DNA of 64,000 nucleotides from Gemmatimonadaceae bacterium (GCA_035638155.1 DASRAP010000433.1:4569-68568); one strand, 5' to 3'. Shown: positions 50,592-59,373, numbered from the stretch's first letter. Translations and numbers: made by a program. Notes: generated from the letters alone by a model not told the origin.

Positions 50592-52433
50592 TTACCGCTT
50601 TTTCCGGCGGTTCGGAAGGCGGCGCCGGCGGCGCGGCGCGGGCGGCGGCGGCAATGGGTCCTTCGCGCGCTCGGCGCCGACCGCTAAAATTGCAATGAGC
50701 GCGAGCGCGAAGGCGCCCGCGGCCAGCCATTTCACCCAACGGAGGTCTTCGGCCGGCTTTTCTTCGGCGACCGGGATCGCGGCGAGCTCGCGGGTCACCA
50801 CGGGTAATGCTGCTCGCAACGTCTCGGGCACCGGCAACGTCACCGCCGCCGGGATCTTCGGCACGCGCGCGAAGCGCTCGCGACTGAACGGATCCGCATA
50901 GCCGAACGGGATCCGCTCGAGCGGATCGGCGTAGTGCCAGCGCCCGTCCGCCCAAACAGCGACCAGAATGCGCTCGTCGCGGATTTGATAGGTGTGCGCC
51001 ACGATCGCCGCATGAAGGCCCGCATCGATGTAGCCCGCGGCGAGCAAGCTCGAGAGTTGGAGGTCCGATCCGGGACTGCCGCGCACGGCGTCGAGGAGCT
51101 CCGCGGCGCGCTTGGTTTCGCTCTTCACTTTTCGCGCGTAGTAACGGCCCCACTCGAGGACATCGAGACGCTCTGCCTCGAGCGCGGACTTTTCAGCGAT
51201 CGCGTCGACATCGGCAGCTGGCGCGGTTTCTCCATAGGTGTCGATCGGGGCGAAGTAGAACGATCCGCCTCCGGCGGCCGTCGAGCTCGACGACGGCGCG
51301 ATCGGTTTTGGTTTGGTCGGTACGATCGGTTTCGGTTTGGGCGGCGTCGGAGGCGTCGGAGGCGTGAGACTGATGAGTGCGCCGGTTTGCGCAAAGGACG
51401 CGGACAGTGTGCCGGCGATGTCTGTGCGGGTCGTCAGATCGCCGGATTGACCAAAGCTTGCGGCCGTTACAGCCGCGAACGCACCGACGCCCGCGAGCGT
51501 GGCCGATTGAGAGAAGAGCGCGGCGGAGACGGCGACGAGCGGCGCCTCCGCAGTTAAATCGCCCGTTTCTCCGAAAAGCGCGGCCGACGTCGTCAGAAGC
51601 GCGCCGGCCGCGTCGAGTGCGCCACTCTCGCTAAAGGTCGCGGCGGTCAAAGTCAGAAGCGCGCCGGCGCCGCTGAGATCGCCGGATTCGAGGAAAGTCG
51701 CCGCGGCCTGTCCGAGAAGGGCGGTGTTCGAGAGAGAGGCGGTCTGATCGAAGATCGCGGCGGCGGACGCTAAGAGAGCGCCAGACGCTTCTAGAGTCGC
51801 TGATTGAGAGAAGAGCGCGGAGGAGAGGCTCGCGAGGTCGCCTGCGCCGGCGAGCGCGCCCGTTTGGCCGAACAAAGCCGAGGTGATGCCTGCGAATGGT
51901 CCCGTCCCGGTCAGCGACTCCGTTTGACCGAAGACGGCGGAGATCGAGCCGGCGAGGGCGCCCGCGGCCGTGAGATTGCCGGTCTGGGAAAAGGTGGCTG
52001 GGTTATTTGCGGCGAGCGCGCCGGAGGCCGTGAGAGCGCCAGTCTGGTTAAACGCGGCGGGGGTCGTTCCTGCGAGTGCCCCGGAGCCGGTCAGATTTCC
52101 CGTTTGATTGAATGCGGCCGAGCTCGTCGCGGACAACGCGCCCGCTCCGGTCAAATTGCCGGTTTGCGCGAAAGTCGCGGCGTTGGTGGCGGCGAGGGCG
52201 CCGGTGCCGCTCAAAGATCCGGATTGGCCAAAGACCGCGTCGCTTACCGCTGCGAGCGCGCCGGCTCCGGCCAGGTTTCCGGTTTGGCCAAAGAGCGCAT
52301 CGGAAGTCGCAGAGAGCGAGTTGTCTCCGGAAAGGGAAAGGCCCGTCGCCAGCGGATGAATGACGTTGGAAATCGCGATCGCGGTCCGCGATCCCGGCAC
52401 CAGCGAAACTATCGGGCGAAACGCCGCAGGCAT
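50592..52433 (-). CDS. Repeat protein: 16 x 20-aa repeats + Pro linker + degenerate transglutaminase-like domain + TM + polybasic tail (613 aa)
   Basis: AxFxQTGxLxGxGALA repeats. TPPTPPTPPKPKP linker. SDLQLSSLLAAGYIDAGLHAAIVAHTY..VAVWADGRWHYADP parallels 14160..14906 but lacks the Cys and His. TM WLAAGAFALALIAILAVGA. Tail PRRRRRLPNRRKKR. Confidence 0.7.
   Translation of the reverse strand: MPAAFRPIVSLVPGSRTAIAISNVIHPLATGLSLSGDNSLSATSDALFGQTGNLAGAGALAAVSDAVFGQSGSLSGTGALAATNAATFAQTGNLTGAGALSATSSAAFNQTGNLTGSGALAGTTPAAFNQTGALTASGALAANNPATFSQTGNLTAAGALAGSISAVFGQTESLTGTGPFAGITSALFGQTGALAGAGDLASLSSALFSQSATLEASGALLASAAAIFDQTASLSNTALLGQAAATFLESGDLSGAGALLTLTAATFSESGALDAAGALLTTSAALFGETGDLTAEAPLVAVSAALFSQSATLAGVGAFAAVTAASFGQSGDLTTRTDIAGTLSASFAQTGALISLTPPTPPTPPKPKPIVPTKPKPIAPSSSSTAAGGGSFYFAPIDTYGETAPAADVDAIAEKSALEAERLDVLEWGRYYARKVKSETKRAAELLDAVRGSPGSDLQLSSLLAAGYIDAGLHAAIVAHTYQIRDERILVAVWADGRWHYADPLERIPFGYADPFSRERFARVPKIPAAVTLPVPETLRAALPVVTRELAAIPVAEEKPAEDLRWVKWLAAGAFALALIAILAVGAERAKDPLPPPPAPRRRRRLPNRRKKR
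51368..52346 (-). repeat. In-frame 60-nt (20-aa) tandem repeats, ~16 copies
   Basis: The F-x-Q/E position recurs every 20 residues from aa ~46 to ~350 of 50592..52433 (ALFGQ, AVFGQ, ATFAQ, AAFNQ ...). Confidence 0.8.
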
Positions 52434-52448
52434 GGCCGCGTCAGCCTA

Positions 52449-53222
52449 TCAGTTGCGTGATGCGTACATCATCCACTGCGGAGTCAAGGTGTTCGAGGCG
52501 CTCGAGGTGCCCCAGATCACCGAGACACTCAAGCCCTGCGCGACCGTCTGATCGATGGTCGTCGGAATGAGGCCGCCAAAAACGCAGGTGGCCACCGTGG
52601 TCGCCGCAGCTGCGCCGGCACAGATCACAAATCCCGACCCGGTGATGGTCGCCGTGCTCGCGGCGACTCCAATTGAGCGGCAACCAAAGATTCCGGAGCC
52701 GTGGAAAGGCTGGGCTGTGAATGTGCCCAGCGTCATCGTCGGCCCAACGCCGAGGTCGACTCCGGTCGGCGGCGCGGCGTTATTCGTGCCGCAGCGGGCG
52801 CGAAAGCTGATCGCCGGTGTGCCGGTCGTCCCGTGCACGCCGCCGAAGTCGAGTTGCCAGGCACGGCCGCTTCGGATTTCGCCCACGGGGAGCGGCGCGA
52901 GAACGCCCGGATCCCAAAGGTTGGTTTCGGTGACCGTCGTGTTGATCGCTGCGCGGAGCGAAGCGGAAGGAAACTCGGTGTAGTCGCTCGAGGTGAAGCC
53001 CTGCTTCGAGCACAGCGCTTCGGAGAAGCGCTCTTCCTGCATACGAGCGAGGATTTTTTTGACCTGCTCCGGTGCGCGATCGAAGAGCCATGCGCGATGA
53101 TACGGCCCGAACATCACGCCAGCGGCTTGCTCGCGCTCGATCGCCCAACGGGGATCGAACTCTCGAGTTATTTTTTCGAGGTCGATCCCGTGTTCGTGGC
53201 TGACTAGCTCGATGAGGCGCAT
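52449..53222 (-). CDS. Structural candidate, Gly/Thr/Ala-rich beta C-terminus (257 aa)
   Basis: Start moved to ATG 53222 (MRLIELVSHEHGIDLEK..), 1 nt after the upstream stop. Confidence 0.6.
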   Translation of the reverse strand: MRLIELVSHEHGIDLEKITREFDPRWAIEREQAAGVMFGPYHRAWLFDRAPEQVKKILARMQEERFSEALCSKQGFTSSDYTEFPSASLRAAINTTVTETNLWDPGVLAPLPVGEIRSGRAWQLDFGGVHGTTGTPAISFRARCGTNNAAPPTGVDLGVGPTMTLGTFTAQPFHGSGIFGCRSIGVAASTATITGSGFVICAGAAAATTVATCVFGGLIPTTIDQTVAQGLSVSVIWGTSSASNTLTPQWMMYASRN

Positions 53223-53223
53223 G

Positions 53224-53672
53224 TCAATCCACGGTGCAAACGAGAGCACCGATCGCGAACGATGGGGTGATGCCGGGGTTTATGACGAGCGAGGCCGTCA
53301 GCGCGCCGTACCAGAGCATTTCACCCGCGCCGCTCGTGTCGCGGCCGACGTTGAAGTGCGTCATGGTCTGCGGGCCGCTTCCCGCCGACGCGTAGGTGAT
53401 TGCGGCGACGTTTGCCGACTGCGTCGGGGCCGTGCCCGACACAGTCCAGCCGCCCGCCGAGCGCGCCACGGGCACGCGGGCGTAGTTGGTCCAGGTCGCT
53501 TCGTTGGTGAGCTGGGTGCCGGTTTCGCCCGGGTCGGCGGTTTGAAGCCCTATGAAGAACGATCCGGCCGTGGTGCTTCGCGGAGCCCCGTGGCATCGCC
53601 GAGGTTTGCCCAGTTGGTGTTGTTGAAGATCAACAACATCAGGTCGTTCTCGGCGGCGTTTCCTAAGCTCAT
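53224..53672 (-). CDS. Fibre-module protein interrupted by a -1 frame change at a G4 run (~149 aa if joined)
   Basis: Frame 1 from ATG 53672 (ATGA-coupled) reads MSLGNAAENDLMLLIFNNTNWANLGDATG and stops 11 codons later. The continuation APRSTTAGSFFIGLQTADPGETG..YARVPV..FAIGALVCTVD is in the -1 frame. The switch point is CCCC at 53586-53589 (plus strand). Confidence 0.5.
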
Positions 53673-53956
53673 GATTTGGCTCCCAGGTCAGCTTCACGAA
53701 CGAGCCTGTCGACTTCGGCCCAGAGATCCTTCCCATGTTTCTTCTGCCGGTAATGCACGTCGTCCGGATCTTCGCCACTGGCGGCGGGAGGGGTCGGCAA
53801 CTGTGCATGGAGCGCCTCGAACACCTTGGTGCGCGTGGCGCGCACGAGCGCCTCTTCTAGCGGCAGGTCGCCATGGACGCGGCGATCGCGCTCGTGCTTC
53901 ATGATCTCGGCCTGATAGAGAGATTGGACGTCCGCCTCGGTGAGGGTGTGCTTCAT
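53669..53956 (-). CDS. Hypothetical protein (95 aa)
   Basis: Internal ATG 53956 (MKHTLTEADVQSLYQAEIMK..) in ATGA overlap with the upstream stop. Confidence 0.55.
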   Translation of the reverse strand: MKHTLTEADVQSLYQAEIMKHERDRRVHGDLPLEEALVRATRTKVFEALHAQLPTPPAASGEDPDDVHYRQKKHGKDLWAEVDRLVREADLGAKS

Positions 53957-54207
53957 TTGGGGTGCCTCTTCATTTCTCCGAGCACGAAGGCCGCAACGTC
54001 CTTCATGTCGACTCGGCCGTCCTTGGTTTGGCACTTCTCCATGGCTTCGGTGAGAAGCCTCGAAAGCGCGTCGATCGCAGTCGTGTCTTCCACGATCTGG
54101 TCGAGACGCTCGACCGCGGATTTGCCATACAACAGGCGCATCCGCTGGCGCAGACCCGGCGTCGGGCGGGCGACTCCGGAGAGCACGCCGTTGTCAACGA
54201 CTTTCAT
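53953..54207 (-). CDS. Hypothetical protein (84 aa)
   Basis: MKVVDNGVLSGVARPTPGLRQRMRLL... Confidence 0.55.
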   Translation of the reverse strand: MKVVDNGVLSGVARPTPGLRQRMRLLYGKSAVERLDQIVEDTTAIDALSRLLTEAMEKCQTKDGRVDMKDVAAFVLGEMKRHPK

Positions 54208-54264
54208 CGCCCCAAGAGTAGCCCCATTTCAGTCCGCGTAGCACGCGGTAATCGGGCTAACCGC

Positions 54265-54645
54265 TCAGCAGCGCTCGATTTTGAAGTCCATGACGATGCC
54301 GCCGGCAGTCGGCGCCGCGAAGGCTACCTGAAATCCAATGGTCGCCTTGGCGGGGATCGCGAATTGCTGCAAGTTGCCCCCGAGCATGGTGCCGATCACG
54401 ATGTAGTTGGTGTCGGGTTGCACGCAGCCCTCGGGGAACGGCACGAACTGACTCACCTGTCCGTTGGCGATCGGAACGTGTAGGAGACAGCAGCCGCCCG
54501 CCGCGGGCGCGTCATCGCCACCCAGATTGCCGCCACCTAAGCCAGCGACCGCTTGAGCCAAACGCATGAGAGCTCGGCCTAGCGGCGATCCAAGCTGCAC
54601 TTGGCTGCCCACATTTTTGACGATGTCTTCGATTGCTGTTGCCAT
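54265..54645 (-). CDS. Spike/fibre protein 2: shared N-terminal adaptor, short head (126 aa)
   Basis: MATAIEDIVKNVGSQVQLGSPLGRALMRL adaptor motif. Confidence 0.6.
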   Translation of the reverse strand: MATAIEDIVKNVGSQVQLGSPLGRALMRLAQAVAGLGGGNLGGDDAPAAGGCCLLHVPIANGQVSQFVPFPEGCVQPDTNYIVIGTMLGGNLQQFAIPAKATIGFQVAFAAPTAGGIVMDFKIERC

Positions 54646-54660
54646 GATTTGTCTCCCTTA

Positions 54661-54960
54661 CTACTTCACCGGCACCGCGACGACCAGCGCGAGAGCGCCG
54701 TCCGGATCGTCGTAGGCGAATTTTGGGGTGTCCGAGGGGTCTTCGGGATCTCGCGGCAACTCGCGGCGCGCGGCGTTCCAGCCGTCATCGGTGTAAGCGC
54801 GGCACTCGCCGGTCGCGTCGATCAGATGCGTGTGAAGGCTTCCCCTGTAGCCGAGCTCGGCGGCCGCGGCATGCAGGATGTCACTCACGTCGTCGCCATC
54901 GAACACGTTCGGGGGGTACGTTTTTCCAACGACTGTGATCGCGTAGGCCATGGGTTTCAC
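54661..54960 (-). CDS. Hypothetical protein (99 aa)
   Basis: ..MAYAITVVGKTYPPNVFDGDDVSDILH... ATGA overlap with the fibre 3 stop. Confidence 0.55.
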   Translation of the reverse strand: MKPMAYAITVVGKTYPPNVFDGDDVSDILHAAAAELGYRGSLHTHLIDATGECRAYTDDGWNAARRELPRDPEDPSDTPKFAYDDPDGALALVVAVPVK

Positions 54961-56624
54961 CAGTATCCGTACATGTGGATAAAATCCATTTGGTTATTGG
55001 TGGCGCCCTTCGAGCTCTGCACGCAGGTCGGACGAAGGTTGGTGGTGTTGAGCGGCAGCGTCGCGGAAATGTCTGCGTCGTGCACGACGGTGTTGGTAGA
55101 ACGATTGATCAGCGTCGTGTGGATCTTGGTGTCATTGGGGAGCGCCCACATCTGCACCTCGAACACGCAGGGTCCGGCCGTGTTTGGGTCGCCGGTCACG
55201 AGCGAAGCTTTGGTGATGATTGCGGCCGACTTGGTGCTCCCACCGACGTTGTCAGTGCTGATGACGGTGATGTTGGCGTCTCCGGTGTCGGCTCCATAGA
55301 CGACCCGGTTACCGCTCGCGCTCGGGTTGGCACCTCCGGCGATCACGGCGTTGTTGATGCCGATGGAAATGATCGAGTCGGTTTGGATGACCGCGACCGC
55401 GAAGCGGAAGCAAACGAAGAACCCACCCACTCCCGCGACGGCACCGCGGCACATGCCGGGGTCGGTGAAGTTTTGGCCGACGAGAATGTTGGCCGTCGAG
55501 GTCGTGGTGTTGTTGCGCGGGCTCGAGGTGCGGAGATCGGTGTTGGTCGGCGAAACGGTCGTCACGCCGGTCAGGGCGTTCGTGGTGAGACCGAGACTGT
55601 CTTGCAGACCGCCGTTGCTGCGCGGGATCACGTAACGAAAAGAACGCGACAGGACCGCGGTGCCCACTAACGCTTGAGGGATGCGAGCGAAAGAGGCGGT
55701 GGAAGCTCCTGCCTGGAGCGCCGCCGACACCTGCACGTCGTCGGCGTTGACGACGACGGAGCCATCGGCGTTTTGGCCGACGTCAAAGGTGCGATTGGCG
55801 GAGAGGTCGCCGCCGCCTGTCAGACCCGCTCCAGCTGTCAGCGTGCGCGCGGGTTGCACGCTGGTCGCTCCGAGCGCGGCTCCCGATTGGATCGCGGCGG
55901 ACACCTGCACGTCGTTGGCGTTTACGACTACCGAGCCGTCAGCATTTTGGCCGACGTTGAAGGTGCGATCGGCGGAGAGGTCGCCGCCGCCCGTCAGGCC
56001 CGCGCCAGCCGTCAGCGTGCGCGTGTTCGGGACGGAGAAGGCTACGAGAGAGTCGAGTGCGGCCTTGTCGGCCGCGCTCATGAAGCCCGCGACGAGGTTG
56101 GTGGCTATTGCGTGGAGGGCGCCGCCAGAAAGGTTTCCGTGGTTTGCGTCAGCGATGACGCCCACACGGATGTCGTCCGCGCCGACGATGATCGTGCCGT
56201 CGGCGGCGACGATGTTAAACGTGCGATCTGCCGAGAGCTCGCCGCCGCCGGTCATGCCCGCGCCGGCCGTCAAGGTGCGTGTGACCGGAACGTACGGACC
56301 ACCCGCGACCAGCGCATCGAGCTGTGCCTTGTCGAGGGCAGACATGAAGCCAGCGACCAGCGGCGTCGCCAGATCGTGGAGCGTGCCGCCCGGAAGATTT
56401 CCGTGCGCGTGGACGTGATCCGCGCGCGACGCAAAGAACGAGTTCCCTCCGGACCCGACGACCCCAACGGGCATCGCGGAGTTTCCGAACGGAGTCGCTC
56501 CGCCCGCAGCGATGATGCCCGCGTCGGCGAGACGCGAAATCAGTTGCATCCACACGCCGAGCGGCGACGACAGTTGGATCTGTCCGCTCGTGGCCTTCAG
56601 AACGTCTTCGACTAACCCGGACAT
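54957..56624 (-). CDS. Spike/fibre protein 3 with phage-fibre repeats (555 aa)
   Basis: MSGLVEDVLKATSGQIQLSSPLGVWMQL adaptor. Three RTLTAGAG(L/M)TGGG(D/E)LSA(D/N)RTF repeats. Two HGNL.GG.LH..AT.LVAGFMSA.DKA.LD motifs, common in phage tail-fibre proteins. Confidence 0.75.
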   Translation of the reverse strand: MSGLVEDVLKATSGQIQLSSPLGVWMQLISRLADAGIIAAGGATPFGNSAMPVGVVGSGGNSFFASRADHVHAHGNLPGGTLHDLATPLVAGFMSALDKAQLDALVAGGPYVPVTRTLTAGAGMTGGGELSADRTFNIVAADGTIIVGADDIRVGVIADANHGNLSGGALHAIATNLVAGFMSAADKAALDSLVAFSVPNTRTLTAGAGLTGGGDLSADRTFNVGQNADGSVVVNANDVQVSAAIQSGAALGATSVQPARTLTAGAGLTGGGDLSANRTFDVGQNADGSVVVNADDVQVSAALQAGASTASFARIPQALVGTAVLSRSFRYVIPRSNGGLQDSLGLTTNALTGVTTVSPTNTDLRTSSPRNNTTTSTANILVGQNFTDPGMCRGAVAGVGGFFVCFRFAVAVIQTDSIISIGINNAVIAGGANPSASGNRVVYGADTGDANITVISTDNVGGSTKSAAIITKASLVTGDPNTAGPCVFEVQMWALPNDTKIHTTLINRSTNTVVHDADISATLPLNTTNLRPTCVQSSKGATNNQMDFIHMYGYW

Positions 56625-56626
56625 GG

Positions 56627-58285
56627 TTATGCGAACGCTACAATCATCGCGCCGTTGCCAGTGCCGACAGTCACGCCGTCGTAGCCGTTCATGTACGGGA
56701 TCTGCGCCCAGGTGCGCGCAGTTCCGCCGACGTTCGCGTCGGTCGCTCCGGTGACCGTAGGTTTGGTCGTATACATCGTCTTGCCGCCAGAGCGCACGCG
56801 CATGCCGACTCCAGTCGAACCCGTTCCCCAGATCAGATCGTTGCCGCTAAAGAGTGCTGCGGCTCGCACGTTACCGTCTTCGATGAGGAGTCCATCGGCG
56901 CCAGCATCGAACACCGCCATCGTTGCGACACGCAGCACGCCGTTGTAGCGCACGCGGATACCGTCATTACCGCTCTGGCTAAATAGCGTGTCGTAGTCGA
57001 CGAAAAGGGTTGCCCCCGATTGCACCGACGGCCGTCCGCGCACGAGGCACGCGAAGAACGAGGTCGAGCTCGGCGCCGCTGCGATCACGACACCCGTGTC
57101 GATGAAGCACGTGCACAGGTTTGCATTGAAGGGCGGGTGCATGCGGCAGCCGTAGGCTACTGGCGCATTCGTGACCGTGCCGATCGGCAGCATCGAGATC
57201 GGGATGTCGCTCTGGGTCAGGTAGACGTTCTGGAGGACAACCTGCGTGCCGTTCACGCTGGCGGCGCCGCCGTACTGCGCACTGATGTTATTGAGCGTGA
57301 GGTAGCCGATCGTCGTCAGGCTCTCGACTACGAACGTGTTTCCGGCCGCGACGTTGACGGGCGTCGGCGTGAAGGGCAGCGGGTTTGCCGCGAAGGACAT
57401 CGTTGTCCATGGGCTCGTGCGGTACACGCCTCCGCCGAAGTCTCGATCCAACCACGCGATGGCGCCGGTGCTAGCGCCGCTCGTTGCGCGAATGCGCTGG
57501 CCGGTGCGGCCGGCGCCGAGGCCCGCCTCGGTGATCGCGCTCGCGGTTTGGGTGGCGCGGTTCAGGTTCGTGACGGCGGAGAAGCCTCCGCCTGGCGACG
57601 TGTAGATCGTCGTCGCAACACCGGTGATGCGGAGTACGCCCGCTGACCCGAGGATGAAGTTGAAGATGCACGGGTCGGTCGCGGGGACGTTGTTGAGATA
57701 GGTGACGGTGGTGTCGGCGACGATGTTCCAGATCGTTCCGACGCGACGCTGACGTTCAGCGTCGTGCTGGATTGCAGTGCCCGCAGTGAGCCCGTCGTTC
57801 GCATCACTTCCTGCGACTGGATCGATAAACCAAGCCGTCTGGGCTCGCGAAGCTACGTTGCCTACGCCGAGAGCTGGGTTTATTTGCAGGTCGTTCGCGT
57901 TGACAAGGAGCGTTGCGTCAGCATTTGCGACAACATCGAATGTTCGGTTGGCGGAGAGATCGCCACCGCCGGTTAGACCGGCGCCGGCTGTGAGCGTGCG
58001 CGTGGGCTGCACAGCAGTCGCGCCAGCCGCGGAACCCGCCTGAATGGTCGGGTTCACTCGAATGTTGTCGCCGTTGACGATGATGGAGTTGTCGGGGTTT
58101 TGGCCGACCGCCAACTGCGTTCCATTGGGCACGAGCCCCGGGCCGGCGAGCGCGTTCACTTCACCGGCGGCGATCGAGACTATTTCATCAACACCTTGCG
58201 AAACCGCGAGAATCCACCGCCCGTGGCGACTCGCAAGCTGGAGTTCGCTTGCGAGGGACTTCGCTATATCGAGTATATTTCCCAT
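56627..58285 (-). CDS. Spike/fibre protein 4 with beta-helix-like (depolymerase-like) C-terminal part (552 aa)
   Basis: MGNILDIAKSLASELQLASRHGRW adaptor. One RTLTAGAGLTGGGDLSANRTFDV repeat. The C-terminal ~400 aa show Gly/Val/Thr/Asn periodicity, e.g. GIRVRYNGVLRVATMAVFDAGADGLLIEDGNV. Confidence 0.7.
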   Translation of the reverse strand: MGNILDIAKSLASELQLASRHGRWILAVSQGVDEIVSIAAGEVNALAGPGLVPNGTQLAVGQNPDNSIIVNGDNIRVNPTIQAGSAAGATAVQPTRTLTAGAGLTGGGDLSANRTFDVVANADATLLVNANDLQINPALGVGNVASRAQTAWFIDPVAGSDANDGLTAGTAIQHDAERQRRVGTIWNIVADTTVTYLNNVPATDPCIFNFILGSAGVLRITGVATTIYTSPGGGFSAVTNLNRATQTASAITEAGLGAGRTGQRIRATSGASTGAIAWLDRDFGGGVYRTSPWTTMSFAANPLPFTPTPVNVAAGNTFVVESLTTIGYLTLNNISAQYGGAASVNGTQVVLQNVYLTQSDIPISMLPIGTVTNAPVAYGCRMHPPFNANLCTCFIDTGVVIAAAPSSTSFFACLVRGRPSVQSGATLFVDYDTLFSQSGNDGIRVRYNGVLRVATMAVFDAGADGLLIEDGNVRAAALFSGNDLIWGTGSTGVGMRVRSGGKTMYTTKPTVTGATDANVGGTARTWAQIPYMNGYDGVTVGTGNGAMIVAFA

Positions 58286-58289
58286 GGCT

Positions 58290-58916
58290 TTAGCCCTGGG
58301 AACTTTGCACGATCGCGCCGACCGCTAACCCTCCGACTACGGCTCCGACCGGACCGGCCACGAGCGCGCCGACTGCGGCTCCCGCGGCGGCTCCGATGAG
58401 CGTCGCCGTGCTGAGACCACCCTTGCTCGAGGCGACCGGAGTAATCGCTCCGCCGCCCGCCCCCGAACCAAGCCGGGGCTTCAAGACTGCCCATGCGGAG
58501 TTTTGCTGAGCGAGCGTTTGCGCCGCTGCGCGACTTCCGACGACGAGCAAGTGGTAGAGCTCGCCGGGCTGGCCCTGCATCAACTTCAACGTGTCGTTGA
58601 TGTCTGCGAGCGTGATCTGATCGGCCGGCAACTCTTGGAGCTGTTGCGCGGCGGTTGGCAAGCCCTCGAGCTGGATGCCTTGCTGGTTCAGGGCTTGCGG
58701 AGTGACGGCGATGTAGCCGGTGGCTCCCGCGACGCCCGTGTTCTGGGGATCGAGAACCACATAGCGGTTTTGCAAAAACAACATGACGTTGTTTGCAGCG
58801 TCCGCGCCGAGCTCCTGGACACCATCACTCGCGATCGATCCGATCGATGGCGCGGGCGCGTCTTGCGACAAGCGGCCTTGGCCGCGGGGTGCGGCCAGAT
58901 TCTGATACAAGTGCAT
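58290..58916 (-). CDS. Protein with C-terminal Gly-zipper membrane anchor (208 aa)
   Basis: C-terminus is LIGAAAGAAVGALVAGPVGAVVGGLAVGAIV. Confidence 0.6.
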   Translation of the reverse strand: MHLYQNLAAPRGQGRLSQDAPAPSIGSIASDGVQELGADAANNVMLFLQNRYVVLDPQNTGVAGATGYIAVTPQALNQQGIQLEGLPTAAQQLQELPADQITLADINDTLKLMQGQPGELYHLLVVGSRAAAQTLAQQNSAWAVLKPRLGSGAGGGAITPVASSKGGLSTATLIGAAAGAAVGALVAGPVGAVVGGLAVGAIVQSSQG

Positions 58917-58928
58917 GGTTTGGTCCTC

Positions 58929-59342
58929 TTAGTTCGGGGGCGCGGGAGTCGCGGTCTCTGGCTTCGGACTTTCGATCGGATCGTCGTTTTGGACGATGAC
59001 GATCGAAGACGAGGCACGCTTTTGATATTCGGTCGATTCGAGAAAAGCTCGAACCGCTGCGCGCATGAAGACGAGAGACACCACAACTCCCACGGTCGAC
59101 ACCAAACCGAGCGCGTAAACCGAGTGGACGACTGAAATCGCCGATACGAACGCGAGCACGAGCAGGAAGAGCCCAATCACCGCGCCGGCCGTGAACGCGA
59201 TCGCAAGCTCGGTGCGTCGCTTCAATTGGCCGTGGCTGAAAGCAGCTCGGAGGCTTTGCCCCTGCTCATCACGAATCGACTGAAGCCAATTATCCGCTTG
59301 ATCACCGGGGGCTGTTTTGGCTTGCAGACTGGCGCTTTTCAT
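58929..59342 (-). CDS. Two-TM membrane protein (137 aa)
   Basis: LAIAFTAGAVIGLFLLVLAFV and LGLVSTVGVVVSLVFM. Confidence 0.6.
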   Translation of the reverse strand: MKSASLQAKTAPGDQADNWLQSIRDEQGQSLRAAFSHGQLKRRTELAIAFTAGAVIGLFLLVLAFVSAISVVHSVYALGLVSTVGVVVSLVFMRAAVRAFLESTEYQKRASSSIVIVQNDDPIESPKPETATPAPPN

Positions 59343-59373
59343 CGTCGTTCTCAGAGCTTATGATGCGAGCACC

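Noticed and set aside
51368-52346. Regular 60-nt repeats that could suggest a CRISPR-like or satellite array
   Set aside because: The repeats are contiguous with no spacers, are in frame, and encode a 20-aa protein repeat. No CRISPR array was seen anywhere in the window.
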